64,000 nucleotides of DNA from an uncultured Planctomycetia bacterium (lineage in GTDB: Bacteria; Planctomycetota; MHYJ01; WSZJ01), in the NCBI GenBank assembly GCA_964590435.1, contig CAZPWT010000045.1, positions 31,027-95,026 of the forward strand. Direction: 5' to 3'. Under the pieces are notes generated by a model that was given only the letters and a program-made list of their open reading frames with translations, ran no database searches and was not told where the DNA came from. Positions 37,881 through 47,451 of this stretch are shown here, one piece after another. Position 1 is the first letter of the stretch, and every line of letters begins with the position of its first letter. The translations under genes were made by a program, and so were the position numbers.

Positions 37881-39440
37881 CTACCGGCGCCAGCGCTTCA
37901 CGTCCGCATCCCAACGGAGTTTCCCGGCTTCCTCAACCCACCGGTTCCACGCCGCAGTGTCGTCGGTCGCGGGGAGGTCGGTCACGACCGCGTCGAGCCG
38001 GACGCGAAGGACCATCGGGCTCAGGTGCCCGGACTTCAGCGCCTCGGCGATCGCGGGCCAGGCTTCGCCCCGGCCGCGGCGCAGGAGGGGACAGGCGACC
38101 TCGACGCGGACGAAGGGATTGGACGCCTCGAGCCAGGGGAGGATCTTCGCGACCTGGGCGTCGTCCCCGAGGATCGCGACGGCCTGCGCGGCGCGGCCGT
38201 TCACCCAGTCCACCGGGTTGCCGCTCGTGTTCTGCGCGCTCTTCGCGAACTCCAGCGCGAGCGCGGCGTGGCGCGGCGCGCCGCATTCGCCGAGGGCATG
38301 AAGGGCGTTGGTGAGCAGGTCGAACGCCGGCTTCGTGCGGATGAAATCGGCGAGGGCGTCGCCGGACAGCAGCTCGCGGTAGTTCTCGGCGAGGACGTTG
38401 CTTCCCAGCGCGGCGAGGATCGCCGGGAGTTCCTCGGGGGTGGCCTTCAGCCCGGCCGCCGCCATGATGCGGGCCACCTCGGCCGGCCGCGCTTCGAGAT
38501 GCCGCCGCGCCGCGGGGGCCGCGAGGGCGGCGTGCGGGGCGAGGAGCCGCAGCGCGCCGGCGATCGCGTCCTTGTCGTCGCCGGCCAGCACCTTGAGCCA
38601 GTCCTCCGGCTTCGCGCTCGACGTATACCGGCGGCCGTCCCACGCCACGAACCCGCGATTCGCCGCCAGCCACTCGCGGTACGGCGCCGCCTCGTCATTC
38701 CGCGGCGCGAACAGGTCGCGCTGCCTCACGCCCTCCCCCATCCGCGACTCGAGCAGCCACCGCGCCGCGAACGCCATCCCGCCCACCGCCCACTGGTTCA
38801 GCGGCGTCGGCCAGCCCTTCTTCGCCTCCCCCTCGAACGCCGCCACCAGCCCGGCCGCCGACTCCTCCGGCGTCCCCGCCCTCACCCGGTACCCGCGCCG
38901 CATCAGCCCGTCCAGCGCCAGCTCCGCCAGCGGCCGCCCGCGCTTCCCCGCCGCCCAGCGCCGCCAGTCGTCCGACGTCGGCCCCGCATTGTCGCCCGTC
39001 AACTGCTGAAGCCACGTCCGCGCGGCCAGGTCCAGCGTGATCGGCGTGAAGTCCACGTAGCAGCTCCCGCTGAAGAACATGTTCGGGATCTCTTCGTCGC
39101 GGTCCAGCCACGCGATCAGCACCGGGATCGCCATCGTGTCCAGCGCGAGCACGTCCTTCTCGGAGCCGAGTTTCGAAGCGAATTTCCGGGCAAGCGCGTC
39201 GGCCCGGTCCGTCACCGGCGCTTCACGGCGCCGCTCGACTTCTTCGCGCAGCGCGGCGGCCGCCTCGGCGTCCTTCGCGTTCCGCTGCATCTCGTCCAGC
39301 TCGAGGGCGGAGACGTCGCGCAGTTCCTTGCGTGCGGCCTCCCGGACCCGGGGGTCGTCCGCGGCGAGGCGGTCGAGCAGGTCGCCGGCCACGGCCGTGG
39401 CGGCGCAGGTGAGCAGGACGAGCGTCAGGAGTTTTCGCAT
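37881..39440 (-). CDS. Secreted HEAT-like helical protein, paralog 1
   Basis: Signal peptide MRKLLTLVLLTCAATAVA; L.ADDPRVREAAR..L; DGL.RRGYRV; terminal W..W...WD...KRWRR. Confidence 0.75.
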   Translation of the reverse strand: MRKLLTLVLLTCAATAVAGDLLDRLAADDPRVREAARKELRDVSALELDEMQRNAKDAEAAAALREEVERRREAPVTDRADALARKFASKLGSEKDVLALDTMAIPVLIAWLDRDEEIPNMFFSGSCYVDFTPITLDLAARTWLQQLTGDNAGPTSDDWRRWAAGKRGRPLAELALDGLMRRGYRVRAGTPEESAAGLVAAFEGEAKKGWPTPLNQWAVGGMAFAARWLLESRMGEGVRQRDLFAPRNDEAAPYREWLAANRGFVAWDGRRYTSSAKPEDWLKVLAGDDKDAIAGALRLLAPHAALAAPAARRHLEARPAEVARIMAAAGLKATPEELPAILAALGSNVLAENYRELLSGDALADFIRTKPAFDLLTNALHALGECGAPRHAALALEFAKSAQNTSGNPVDWVNGRAAQAVAILGDDAQVAKILPWLEASNPFVRVEVACPLLRRGRGEAWPAIAEALKSGHLSPMVLRVRLDAVVTDLPATDDTAAWNRWVEEAGKLRWDADVKRWRR

Positions 39441-39484
39441 GTGGGAGTGAAGCGAGGATACCGCAGCGAGGTTCACGGGAAAAT

Positions 39485-41029
39485 TCATCGGCGCCACTTC
39501 TTCGACGCCGGGTCCCAGGCATAGTCGCCCGTTTCGCTCCCTGCCCAAGCTCCCCACTCGTCATCGTTCTCGGCGGACGGCGCGCCCTCGATGAACTTGC
39601 GCGCCTTCGCGCAGCGGCGGCGGTCAAGGAGGTCCCGGGCCGCGCGATCGACGATCAGGTCGAATCCTGCGCGGCGGCCGTGGCGGGCGAGGAGGAGCGC
39701 GACGTCGATGCGCTCGTAATTCTCGGGAGCGATCTTGAGCCAGGCCTCGGCGCCGTCCAGCGCTTCTTTCGCCCCGCTGTCCGCCGCCGCGAGCGCCGCG
39801 GCCCGCGCCACGGCGTGCTCGTCGGCGTGAGGTTCCCGGGCGTAGGCGTCGAGAACGCCGCGCCCCGCCGCCGCAGCGGCTTCGCGGTCGAGCCGGGCGA
39901 GAAACCGGATCGCCCTCACGCGGTCGTCCGGATCGGCCTCCCGGTCCTGCGCCAGCGAGGACAGGTCCTCGTGCTTCCAGATCGCCGCCAGGCCGCGCGC
40001 GGAAGACTCGGAGCCGAGCGCCCGGAGGACGCCGGGGAGACGGTCGCGCGGCACCCGCAGGCGGGCCTTCTCCATGACCCGCGTCACCACGTTGACGTTG
40101 GCCTCCGCGAGCCGCCAGGCCTCTTCCGGCACGCGGTCCGGCCACCGCTCCAGCTCCGCCAGCGCCGCCAGCGCCACCCCGTCGCTCCCGTGGCGCACCG
40201 CGGAAAGGAACTCCTCCGCACCCGCGCTCGTCACGAACCGGTCCCCTTCACGCGCGAACGTGCTCCCGCACGCCTCGATCCAGTCGAGCAGCCGCTCCTC
40301 GTCGGACGGCTCCCCTTCGCCCGGCCGCCCCTTGAACACCGCCGAAACCAGCTTCACGAACGACTCCCTCGAGTCCCCGGATCGCCACCGCCTCCCCGCC
40401 CTCAGGAACTCCGCCACCGCCACGTTCGCATCCCCATCCCTCACCCGGTACCCGCGCTCCACCAGCCCCTCCAGCCGGATCTCCGCCCAGCTCCAGTCCT
40501 GCACTTTCTCGCGGAAGCGCTTCCACGCCTCCAGGTCGTCGCCGAATTTCGCGAGCGTGTACGCTTCCAGCCAGTGCGCACCGGCCTTCGCCAGCAACCG
40601 GACGTCGGGCTTCTGGTCGAGCCACGGGCGATCGGGGTCCGCCGCGGCCTGCGCCGCGATCTCCTCTCCACGCGTCATCCAGCAGCAGAACACCGCGATC
40701 GGCGAGATCTCCCAGCCCTCCACGTCGTCCAGCAGCATGTCGTTGCGAAGCGCCCGCCGCGCCCACTCCGTCGCGACCTGCATCGGGCGCCCTTCGGCGA
40801 TGGTCTCCGCGATCTCGAGAAGCGCGGCGCGGGCCTCGGCGTCGGTGGCGTTCGCGGCGGCAGCGCGGATGGCAGGGACGCGGCGCTCGCTGGACTTGAG
40901 CAACTGGCTGCGCGCGGCGGCGCGGACGGCGGGGTCCTCGCTGGCGAGGTCGGCGGCGAGGCGGTCGAGGGCGTCGTCGGCGCGGGCGAACGACGCGGAA
41001 AGAATGAGGAGCAGCGCGGCTACTCTCAT
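39485..41029 (-). CDS. Secreted HEAT-like helical protein, paralog 2
   Basis: Signal peptide MRVAALLLILSASFARA; LASEDPAVRAAAR; EGLVERGYRV; WDPASKKWRR. Confidence 0.75.
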   Translation of the reverse strand: MRVAALLLILSASFARADDALDRLAADLASEDPAVRAAARSQLLKSSERRVPAIRAAAANATDAEARAALLEIAETIAEGRPMQVATEWARRALRNDMLLDDVEGWEISPIAVFCCWMTRGEEIAAQAAADPDRPWLDQKPDVRLLAKAGAHWLEAYTLAKFGDDLEAWKRFREKVQDWSWAEIRLEGLVERGYRVRDGDANVAVAEFLRAGRRWRSGDSRESFVKLVSAVFKGRPGEGEPSDEERLLDWIEACGSTFAREGDRFVTSAGAEEFLSAVRHGSDGVALAALAELERWPDRVPEEAWRLAEANVNVVTRVMEKARLRVPRDRLPGVLRALGSESSARGLAAIWKHEDLSSLAQDREADPDDRVRAIRFLARLDREAAAAAGRGVLDAYAREPHADEHAVARAAALAAADSGAKEALDGAEAWLKIAPENYERIDVALLLARHGRRAGFDLIVDRAARDLLDRRRCAKARKFIEGAPSAENDDEWGAWAGSETGDYAWDPASKKWRR

Positions 41030-42687
41030 GGATGGGGAGACCACAATTGCCGCACCGGATCCCACTCGTAATGGTCGGGGTCCAGATCTCCCCAGGCCCT
41101 CCATTCGGCCGCATCAACTCCGGAGGGAGCGCCCTCGACGAGCGACCGCACCACGTTTCGAAACTGCGCGGGGAGCCCGATGCTGGCGCGAATGCCTATC
41201 ACGAACAGTCCCGTGCGTCGCCCACGCCTGGCGAGCGCCGAGGCAATGTCCAGGAAAGCTTCATGGGGGCCGGCGGCAGCCAGCCAATGTTCGGCGCGAT
41301 CCACGTCCGGTTCGTCCCCCAGGCACGCATCCAGCAGCACAGGCAGTGCCATGGCATTCTCGATTCCGTCCCAAGGTTGATAACGGCTCCTCGTGGATGG
41401 ATAGGGGATGTCCTTCCCCCCTCCCGCCTCTTCGGCTCCAATGGCGAAGCGGGTCCGGTCGGCGCGCAGGAGAAGCCAGCGGAGAATCCGCCAGCGCAGG
41501 ATCGGTTCGGTGGAAAGATCCTCGACAAGTTTCGTCAACGCACTCGGATCGAGCCCGGGCTCATGTTCCAGCAGGCACGAGGGCAAGGCTGCCGTCGCCT
41601 CGAAGAACGCGGGAGTGCAGTCGGCGGGAACCGCATGCCCTGTGCGAGCCATCAGCCGCAGTGCGAATTCCGGGGAATCGCGGATCACGTTCCAGCCGGC
41701 GGCGGGGATCTCCCCTCCGCGCGCGTCCAGCGCCCAAAGGGCCGCGATCCGCACGAGCGGATCCCCGTCGGCGAGGCGTTCCGCGAATTCTCGAGGTCCG
41801 GCTCGTGAGCAAAGCCGCCCCCCGCGCCACTCGAAATCACGTCGGTTGAGCCTTAGCCATGACTCCGCGCCATTGAACCGTTCCAGCCCCTCCGGTTGGT
41901 TCGTCGGCAGATCCGCGAGGAGCGTTCCGAGAACGCCGTCAAGTGCTCTACTCTCCGCCTCTGCGCAGAGCTCCATCTGGCACTCTCGTGCTCCGAAGGA
42001 TGTGACTCGCGCCGTCCAGGCGCGCAGCAACTCCGACGCGGCCTCCTGGGGATCTGCTGAATGAACGCCATATCCGCGCGACACGAGACCGTCCATGCGG
42101 ATCGCCTGCCAATCCGAGCCCTCGTGCTTCGCAATGAAGTCCAGCCAAGCCTCCACGTTCCCTCCGAATTCTGCGAGCGTCAGGGCCGCGAGCGCGCAGC
42201 CAACCCGCTGGACGACAACCTCGACAGGGTCCTCGCCTGGATCTTCGCTCTCTCCTCGGCCAACAAGCCCCATCCCCCTGTTGTCACCGGACAGGGCCAC
42301 CCAGACGGTGAGGTCGTCGCCGACGACGATGCGGGAGTAGCGAAGGATCTCCCCGAGGACGGTGAGTACCTTTGGCCCTTTCCTTTCGAGAGCCTCAATC
42401 TCTCCTTCGAATACTGCAAAGATGGCCTTCTCAAGAACGTCACGCCGAGTTCGATACTCCAGCACTTCCGCGATTTCCTGCGCCGCTGCTCGTGCCTCGA
42501 CGTCTGATTCCCCCTCCGCGAACCTCTGGATCGCCGGGACGTCGGCCATGTTCGCCGCAAGCAAACGCGCCCGTGCTTCCAAGCGCACCGCCGGATCCTC
42601 AGACCGCAGTCGCTCCAGCGCCGATTGGAGCGGCTCTTCCGCCGCCAGCGGCAGGGCGCATAGGCACAGGATCAGAAACAATCGCAT
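41026..42687 (-). CDS. Secreted HEAT-like helical protein, paralog 3
   Basis: Signal peptide MRLFLILCLCALPLAA; LRSEDPAVRLEAR; DGLVSRGYGV; WDPVRQLW; ATGA overlap with paralog 2. Confidence 0.75.
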   Translation of the reverse strand: MRLFLILCLCALPLAAEEPLQSALERLRSEDPAVRLEARARLLAANMADVPAIQRFAEGESDVEARAAAQEIAEVLEYRTRRDVLEKAIFAVFEGEIEALERKGPKVLTVLGEILRYSRIVVGDDLTVWVALSGDNRGMGLVGRGESEDPGEDPVEVVVQRVGCALAALTLAEFGGNVEAWLDFIAKHEGSDWQAIRMDGLVSRGYGVHSADPQEAASELLRAWTARVTSFGARECQMELCAEAESRALDGVLGTLLADLPTNQPEGLERFNGAESWLRLNRRDFEWRGGRLCSRAGPREFAERLADGDPLVRIAALWALDARGGEIPAAGWNVIRDSPEFALRLMARTGHAVPADCTPAFFEATAALPSCLLEHEPGLDPSALTKLVEDLSTEPILRWRILRWLLLRADRTRFAIGAEEAGGGKDIPYPSTRSRYQPWDGIENAMALPVLLDACLGDEPDVDRAEHWLAAAGPHEAFLDIASALARRGRRTGLFVIGIRASIGLPAQFRNVVRSLVEGAPSGVDAAEWRAWGDLDPDHYEWDPVRQLWSPHP

Positions 42688-42897
42688 CGTGGACTCCGGT
42701 CCCCCGCGGCAGTCTAGCGAATCTCATCCGGCGACGGGCTCGCCAATTGGACCTCCGAAATTCCCCGCGAACCTCTTCCACGCCCCGCTCATTCAATTAA
42801 CTGGCCCGCAAATCCGCACGGCTGCTATCCTCCCCGCACCTCAGCGTCCCCGCTTCACGGGACGCCGTTTTTTTCACTACCAGGCCCACCGAAACCG

Positions 42898-45489
42898 ATG
42901 ACGCGCAAATACGAATTCCGTCAGATCGAGACACGCTGGCAGCAGCAGTGGAGCCGCGCGGGGCTGTTCCGCGCCGGCAATCGCCAGGGGAAGCCCAAGT
43001 TTTACGCGCTGGTGATGTTCCCCTACCCGAGCGGGACGCTGCATGTGGGGCACGGGCGGAACTACATCATCGGGGACGCGCTGGCGCGGTACAAGATGAT
43101 GAAGGGGTTCGACGTCCTGACGCCGATGGGGTGGGACGCGTTCGGGCTGCCGGCGGAGAACGCGGCGATCGAGGCGGCGCGGAACGAGGGGCAGCCGGTG
43201 CATCCGCGCGAGTACACGCTGCGGAACATCCGGGTGATGAAGCAGCAGATCCACGCGTGGGGCGTCGGGTACGACTGGGACCGCGAGATCGCGAGCTGCC
43301 ACCCCGGCTACTACAAGTGGACGCAGTGGCTGTACCTGAAGCTGCTGGAGAACAAGCTGGCCTACCGGAAGATGGCGCCGGTCAACTGGTGCCCTGCGTG
43401 CCAGACCGTGCTGGCGAACGAGCAGGTCGAGGAGGACGGGACCTGCGAGCGCTGCGGGACCGCCGTCACCCCCAAGAACCTGGAGCAGTGGTACTTCCGG
43501 ATCACGAAGTACGCCGACCGGCTGCTGGACGACCTGGACGAGCTGGAGGATTGGCCGGAGCGCGTGACGGCGATGCAGGAAGCGTGGATCGGGCGGACGG
43601 AAGGCGCGGAGATCGTGTTCCGGCTGGAGACGGGCGAGGATCGGATCAAGGTCTTCACGACGCGCGCCGACACGCTGTTCGGCGTGACGTTCGTCGTCGT
43701 CGCGCCGGAGCACCCGCTGGTCGCGAAGTGCGCCGCGAAGATGCCGGAGGCGGAGCGCAAGAAGCTGGCGGAGTTCGTGGCGAAGTGCAAGTCGCAGAAA
43801 GCGATGCAGCGCACGGCCGCGGGCGACAAGGAAGGGATCTCGCTGGGCGTGAACGTCCTGCACCCGCTGACCGGCAAGCCCGTGCCGCTGTGGGCCGCGG
43901 ACTACGCGCTGATGGACTTCGGCACCGGCGCCGTCATGGGCGTCCCGGCGCACGATTCGCGCGATTTCCTGTTCGCGAAGAAATACGGGTTCCCGATCAA
44001 GGTGGTCATCGCGCCCAAGGGCGCGACGCTGGACGGCGCGACGATGGACAAGGCGTACGAGGACGAGGGCGTCCAGGTCAACTCGGGCGAATTCGACGGC
44101 CTGCCGAACAACTTCGGCCGCGCCAAGATCACCGAGGAACTGGAAGACCGCGAGCTGGGCGGCCCGACCATCACCTACCGGCTGCGCGACTGGCTGATCT
44201 CCCGCCAGCGGTACTGGGGCGCCCCGATCCCGATCGTCTACTGCCCGAACTGCGGAGCTGTCCCTGTCCCGGAGAGCGACCTCCCCGTCGTCCTGCCCGA
44301 CGCCGCCGACTTCAAGCCCAAGGGACAGTCCCCCCTGGCCGCCGTCGAGAGCTTCGTCAAGACGACCTGCCCGGTCTGCGAAGACCCCGCCCGCCGCGAA
44401 ACCGACACGATGGACACCTTCGTGGACTCGGCCTGGTACTTCCTGCGCTACATCTCCCCCCGCGCCGAAAAGGTCTTCATCCCCGACGACGTCAACCACT
44501 GGCTCCCCGTCGACCAGTACATCGGCGGCGCCGAGCACGCTACCAAGCACCTCATCTACAGCCGCTTCATCACCAAATTCCTCTACGACATCGAGCTGAC
44601 GGACTTCGAAGAGCCGTTCTCGCGGCTGTTCGCGCAGGGGCTGATCTGCGCGGACGCCCACAAGTGCCCGGAACACGGCTGGGTGCCGGAAACCGAGGTG
44701 AAGGACGGCAAGCACACCTGCGGCCAGGCGGTCCTGACCGAGTTGCACAAGATGTCGAAGTCCAAGAAGAACGGGATGGCGCCCGAGCCGCTGATCGAGC
44801 AGTACGGGGCGGACACCGTCCGGCTGTACACGCTGTTCATCGGCCCGCCCGAGCGGGACGCCATCTGGGCGACCAAGGACATCATCGGGGCGCACCGGTT
44901 CCTGTATCGGGTCTGGGACACGGTGCAGGAAGCGCTGCCGAAGATTGAGGGCGCTTCGTCGAAACCCGTTTCGCTGGAAGGACTTGCGGACGACGTCCGC
45001 GCGGTGCGCCGGAAGGTCCACCAAACGATCAAGAAGGTCACCGAGGAAATCGAGGGCGGGTTCAAGTTCAACACCGCCGTGGCCTCCGCCATGGAGCTGG
45101 TGAACGAGATCAAGCGGGCCAAGTACGAGGCGGGGGGTCCGAATGCCGCCGCCGTGCTGCGCGAGGCCTGTGAGACAGTCACGCTGCTGCTGGCGCCGTT
45201 CGTCCCCCACATGGCGGAGGAAATGTGGGAGATCCTGGGGAAACCGCCGTCGATCTTCGACCAGGCCTGGCCGGCGTTCGACCCGGCGGCGTGCGTGGAG
45301 GAGGAGATCGAGATCCCGGTGCAGGTCAACGGGAAGGTCCGGACGCGGGTGAAGCTGCCGGCGGGGTCGACCGACGACCAGTTCAAGGCGGCCGCGCTGG
45401 CGGATCCGAAGGTGGTGGAAGCGCTGGCCGGGAACGCGCCGCGGAATGTGATCGTGGTGCCCCGGCGGCTGGTCAACGTGGTGGTTTAG
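42898..45489 (+). CDS. leuS: Leucine--tRNA ligase
   Basis: MFPYPSG.LHVGH (HIGH), GWDAFGLPAENAA, LRDWLISRQRYWG, KMSKS, QVNGKVR motifs. Confidence 0.98.
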   Translation: MTRKYEFRQIETRWQQQWSRAGLFRAGNRQGKPKFYALVMFPYPSGTLHVGHGRNYIIGDALARYKMMKGFDVLTPMGWDAFGLPAENAAIEAARNEGQPVHPREYTLRNIRVMKQQIHAWGVGYDWDREIASCHPGYYKWTQWLYLKLLENKLAYRKMAPVNWCPACQTVLANEQVEEDGTCERCGTAVTPKNLEQWYFRITKYADRLLDDLDELEDWPERVTAMQEAWIGRTEGAEIVFRLETGEDRIKVFTTRADTLFGVTFVVVAPEHPLVAKCAAKMPEAERKKLAEFVAKCKSQKAMQRTAAGDKEGISLGVNVLHPLTGKPVPLWAADYALMDFGTGAVMGVPAHDSRDFLFAKKYGFPIKVVIAPKGATLDGATMDKAYEDEGVQVNSGEFDGLPNNFGRAKITEELEDRELGGPTITYRLRDWLISRQRYWGAPIPIVYCPNCGAVPVPESDLPVVLPDAADFKPKGQSPLAAVESFVKTTCPVCEDPARRETDTMDTFVDSAWYFLRYISPRAEKVFIPDDVNHWLPVDQYIGGAEHATKHLIYSRFITKFLYDIELTDFEEPFSRLFAQGLICADAHKCPEHGWVPETEVKDGKHTCGQAVLTELHKMSKSKKNGMAPEPLIEQYGADTVRLYTLFIGPPERDAIWATKDIIGAHRFLYRVWDTVQEALPKIEGASSKPVSLEGLADDVRAVRRKVHQTIKKVTEEIEGGFKFNTAVASAMELVNEIKRAKYEAGGPNAAAVLREACETVTLLLAPFVPHMAEEMWEILGKPPSIFDQAWPAFDPAACVEEEIEIPVQVNGKVRTRVKLPAGSTDDQFKAAALADPKVVEALAGNAPRNVIVVPRRLVNVVV

Positions 45490-45679
45490 GGGTCCATTCG
45501 ACGCAAGTCTAGGATTAAAAAGCGGTTAAGACGCGACCCCGCCCCGCCGGATTCCGGGAATGCTCTTCGGCCTCAACACGTTCAGAGCACTATTCGCCAG
45601 GGGGCCAGAAGAGCCGCTAGAGGGTTTGCGGCATCCCGTTTAAGCATTTCATGGGCGTCTTACGCCCACCGATTTCCGC

Positions 45680-45708
45680 TTGACGCCCCCCCACCCCCCC
45701 GCTAGCCT
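45680..45708 (+). promoter_or_regulatory. Sigma70-type promoter
   Basis: TTGACG-17 nt-TAGCCT upstream of the lipoprotein gene. Confidence 0.6.
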
Positions 45709-45760
45709 TCCCGGTCCTGATAATCCTGAGTCGCGCCACAAACTATAACGGAGAAACGGA

Positions 45761-46519
45761 ATGCGAAAGATTGCCTTGGGGATGTGCTCGCTGGCGCTGG
45801 CCGGCTGCGGCCTGATCGGCGGCGGCGGCGGTTCGACGTCCGGCGGCGGCGGGAGCAGCCAGCCCGACCCGACGGTGTACGATTCGATGAGCACGGGCTG
45901 GGACGTGGCGGCCCTCAAGGAAGGCGAATGGGTCGAGACCGAGACCAAGGGGTCCGGGTACTCCATGAAGTCCAAGCTGGCTTGCGTCGGGACCAAGGAC
46001 GGCCTGGTCTGGATCGAGCAGACGAACAGCTCGCAGGCCGGCTGGGTGACCCTTCTCGGCGTAGACAAGGCCGACCGGAAGACCAAGAAGGCGTTCTGGG
46101 GCAAGGCCGGCGAGGAAGCCAAGGAAATCAAGGTCCAGGCGATGCCCACGGGCGGCGGCGGCGCGGCGGGCGAGATGCCGAAGTCCAAGGGCACGATCAA
46201 GTACTCGAATGAGACCCTGACCGTCGCCGGCAAGTCGGTCGAGTGCCAGAAGATGGAGTCCGACATCACCACCACCTACCAGGGCAAGGACAACCGCTCG
46301 CAGTCCACCTCCTGGATGTCCGACAAGGTTCCCTTCCGCAGCTGGTACGACGAGAAGGCGGCCGATGCCTACAAGAACAACTCGGACATCAAGGTCGAGG
46401 GCAAGTACACCCTGAAGGGCGCCAATATGGTCAAGATGACGGCGCAGGGGACGACGATGGAAATCGTCGGGATGGGGACCGATGCCAAGATGACCGTGAA
46501 ACTGCCCGCACCGAAATAA
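45761..46519 (+). CDS. Lipoprotein of an unnamed beta-rich family, paralog A
   Basis: Lipobox LAGC; GEWVE, ACVG, KAFWGK, E.LTVAG..VECQK, WMSDKVPF motifs. Confidence 0.85.
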   Translation: MRKIALGMCSLALAGCGLIGGGGGSTSGGGGSSQPDPTVYDSMSTGWDVAALKEGEWVETETKGSGYSMKSKLACVGTKDGLVWIEQTNSSQAGWVTLLGVDKADRKTKKAFWGKAGEEAKEIKVQAMPTGGGGAAGEMPKSKGTIKYSNETLTVAGKSVECQKMESDITTTYQGKDNRSQSTSWMSDKVPFRSWYDEKAADAYKNNSDIKVEGKYTLKGANMVKMTAQGTTMEIVGMGTDAKMTVKLPAPK

Positions 46520-46600
46520 GAACCTTCTCTGGGGGAGCCAACGGGGATGATCCCCGAGGGCTTCTTCGCCTCAGGGGGAACATTTACAGGAGTTAAGTCG

Positions 46601-47374
46601 ATGAGCAAGCTGACGGTGATCTGCAGCGCGCTGGTCCTGGCCCTCTGCGCCACGCAGGCGCAGGCCCAGATGCCCGACCCGGTGATCCAGGAAGGGATGT
46701 ATTCGTACTACGACCTGTCCGGCCTGAAGGGCGGCGAGTGGGTCGAGTACGAGACGGTGAGCGAGATGGTGATGCAGGGCGTTCCGCCGAATCCGCAGAA
46801 GTCGAGCTCGAAGATCGCGTGCGTCGGCGTCGAGGGCGACACGGTCTATCTCGAGTCGGACCAGATGCTCTCGTACAACCCCGCCTGGAAGGGCATGGTG
46901 ATCATGTGCGCCGTGGACAAGAAGTCCGGCAACGTGACCAAGGCGTGGTGGGGCAAGGTCGGCGAGGCCGGCAAGGAGCTGAAGGTCGAGAAGGCGACGG
47001 GCGCGAAGCCGACGGAAGCGCCGAAGTTCGACGGCTCGGGCACGGCGAAGGTGTCGAAGGAGTCGATCAAGGTCGCCGGCACGGACTACGACTGCGAGAA
47101 GATCGAGATGGACATCACGACGAAGGCGAACGGCATGGAGTCGAAGATGAAGACGACTTCGTGGAGCAGCGAGAAGGTCGCCTTCAAGTACAAGGCGCAG
47201 GCTGCTGACGCGAAGGATCCGTACGACGGCAAGGTCAAGTGGGAAGGCAAGGCCGAAGGCAAGGGTGGCCTCGTCAAGTCCACGAGCGACATGGCCGGCA
47301 CGGGTTACACGATGAAGACGACGATGGAAATCAAGGCGAGCGGCACCGACGCCAAGATGAGCCTGAAGAAGTAA
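46601..47374 (+). CDS. Secreted protein, paralog B
   Basis: SD AGGAG, signal peptide ending AQA; GEWVEY, ACVGVEG, KAWWGK, CEKIE, WSSEKVAF motifs. Confidence 0.85.
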   Translation: MSKLTVICSALVLALCATQAQAQMPDPVIQEGMYSYYDLSGLKGGEWVEYETVSEMVMQGVPPNPQKSSSKIACVGVEGDTVYLESDQMLSYNPAWKGMVIMCAVDKKSGNVTKAWWGKVGEAGKELKVEKATGAKPTEAPKFDGSGTAKVSKESIKVAGTDYDCEKIEMDITTKANGMESKMKTTSWSSEKVAFKYKAQAADAKDPYDGKVKWEGKAEGKGGLVKSTSDMAGTGYTMKTTMEIKASGTDAKMSLKK

Positions 47375-47393
47375 GTTCTCGATCCGGACATCG

Positions 47394-47423
47394 ACCCGCC
47401 CCCGCGAGGGGGCGGGTTTTTTT
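47394..47423 (+). terminator. Intrinsic terminator
   Basis: ACCCGCCCCC-GCGA-GGGGGCGGGT followed by T6. Confidence 0.88.
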
Positions 47424-47451
47424 GTTTCTGCCTGTGAGGTACAGTGCGGCG

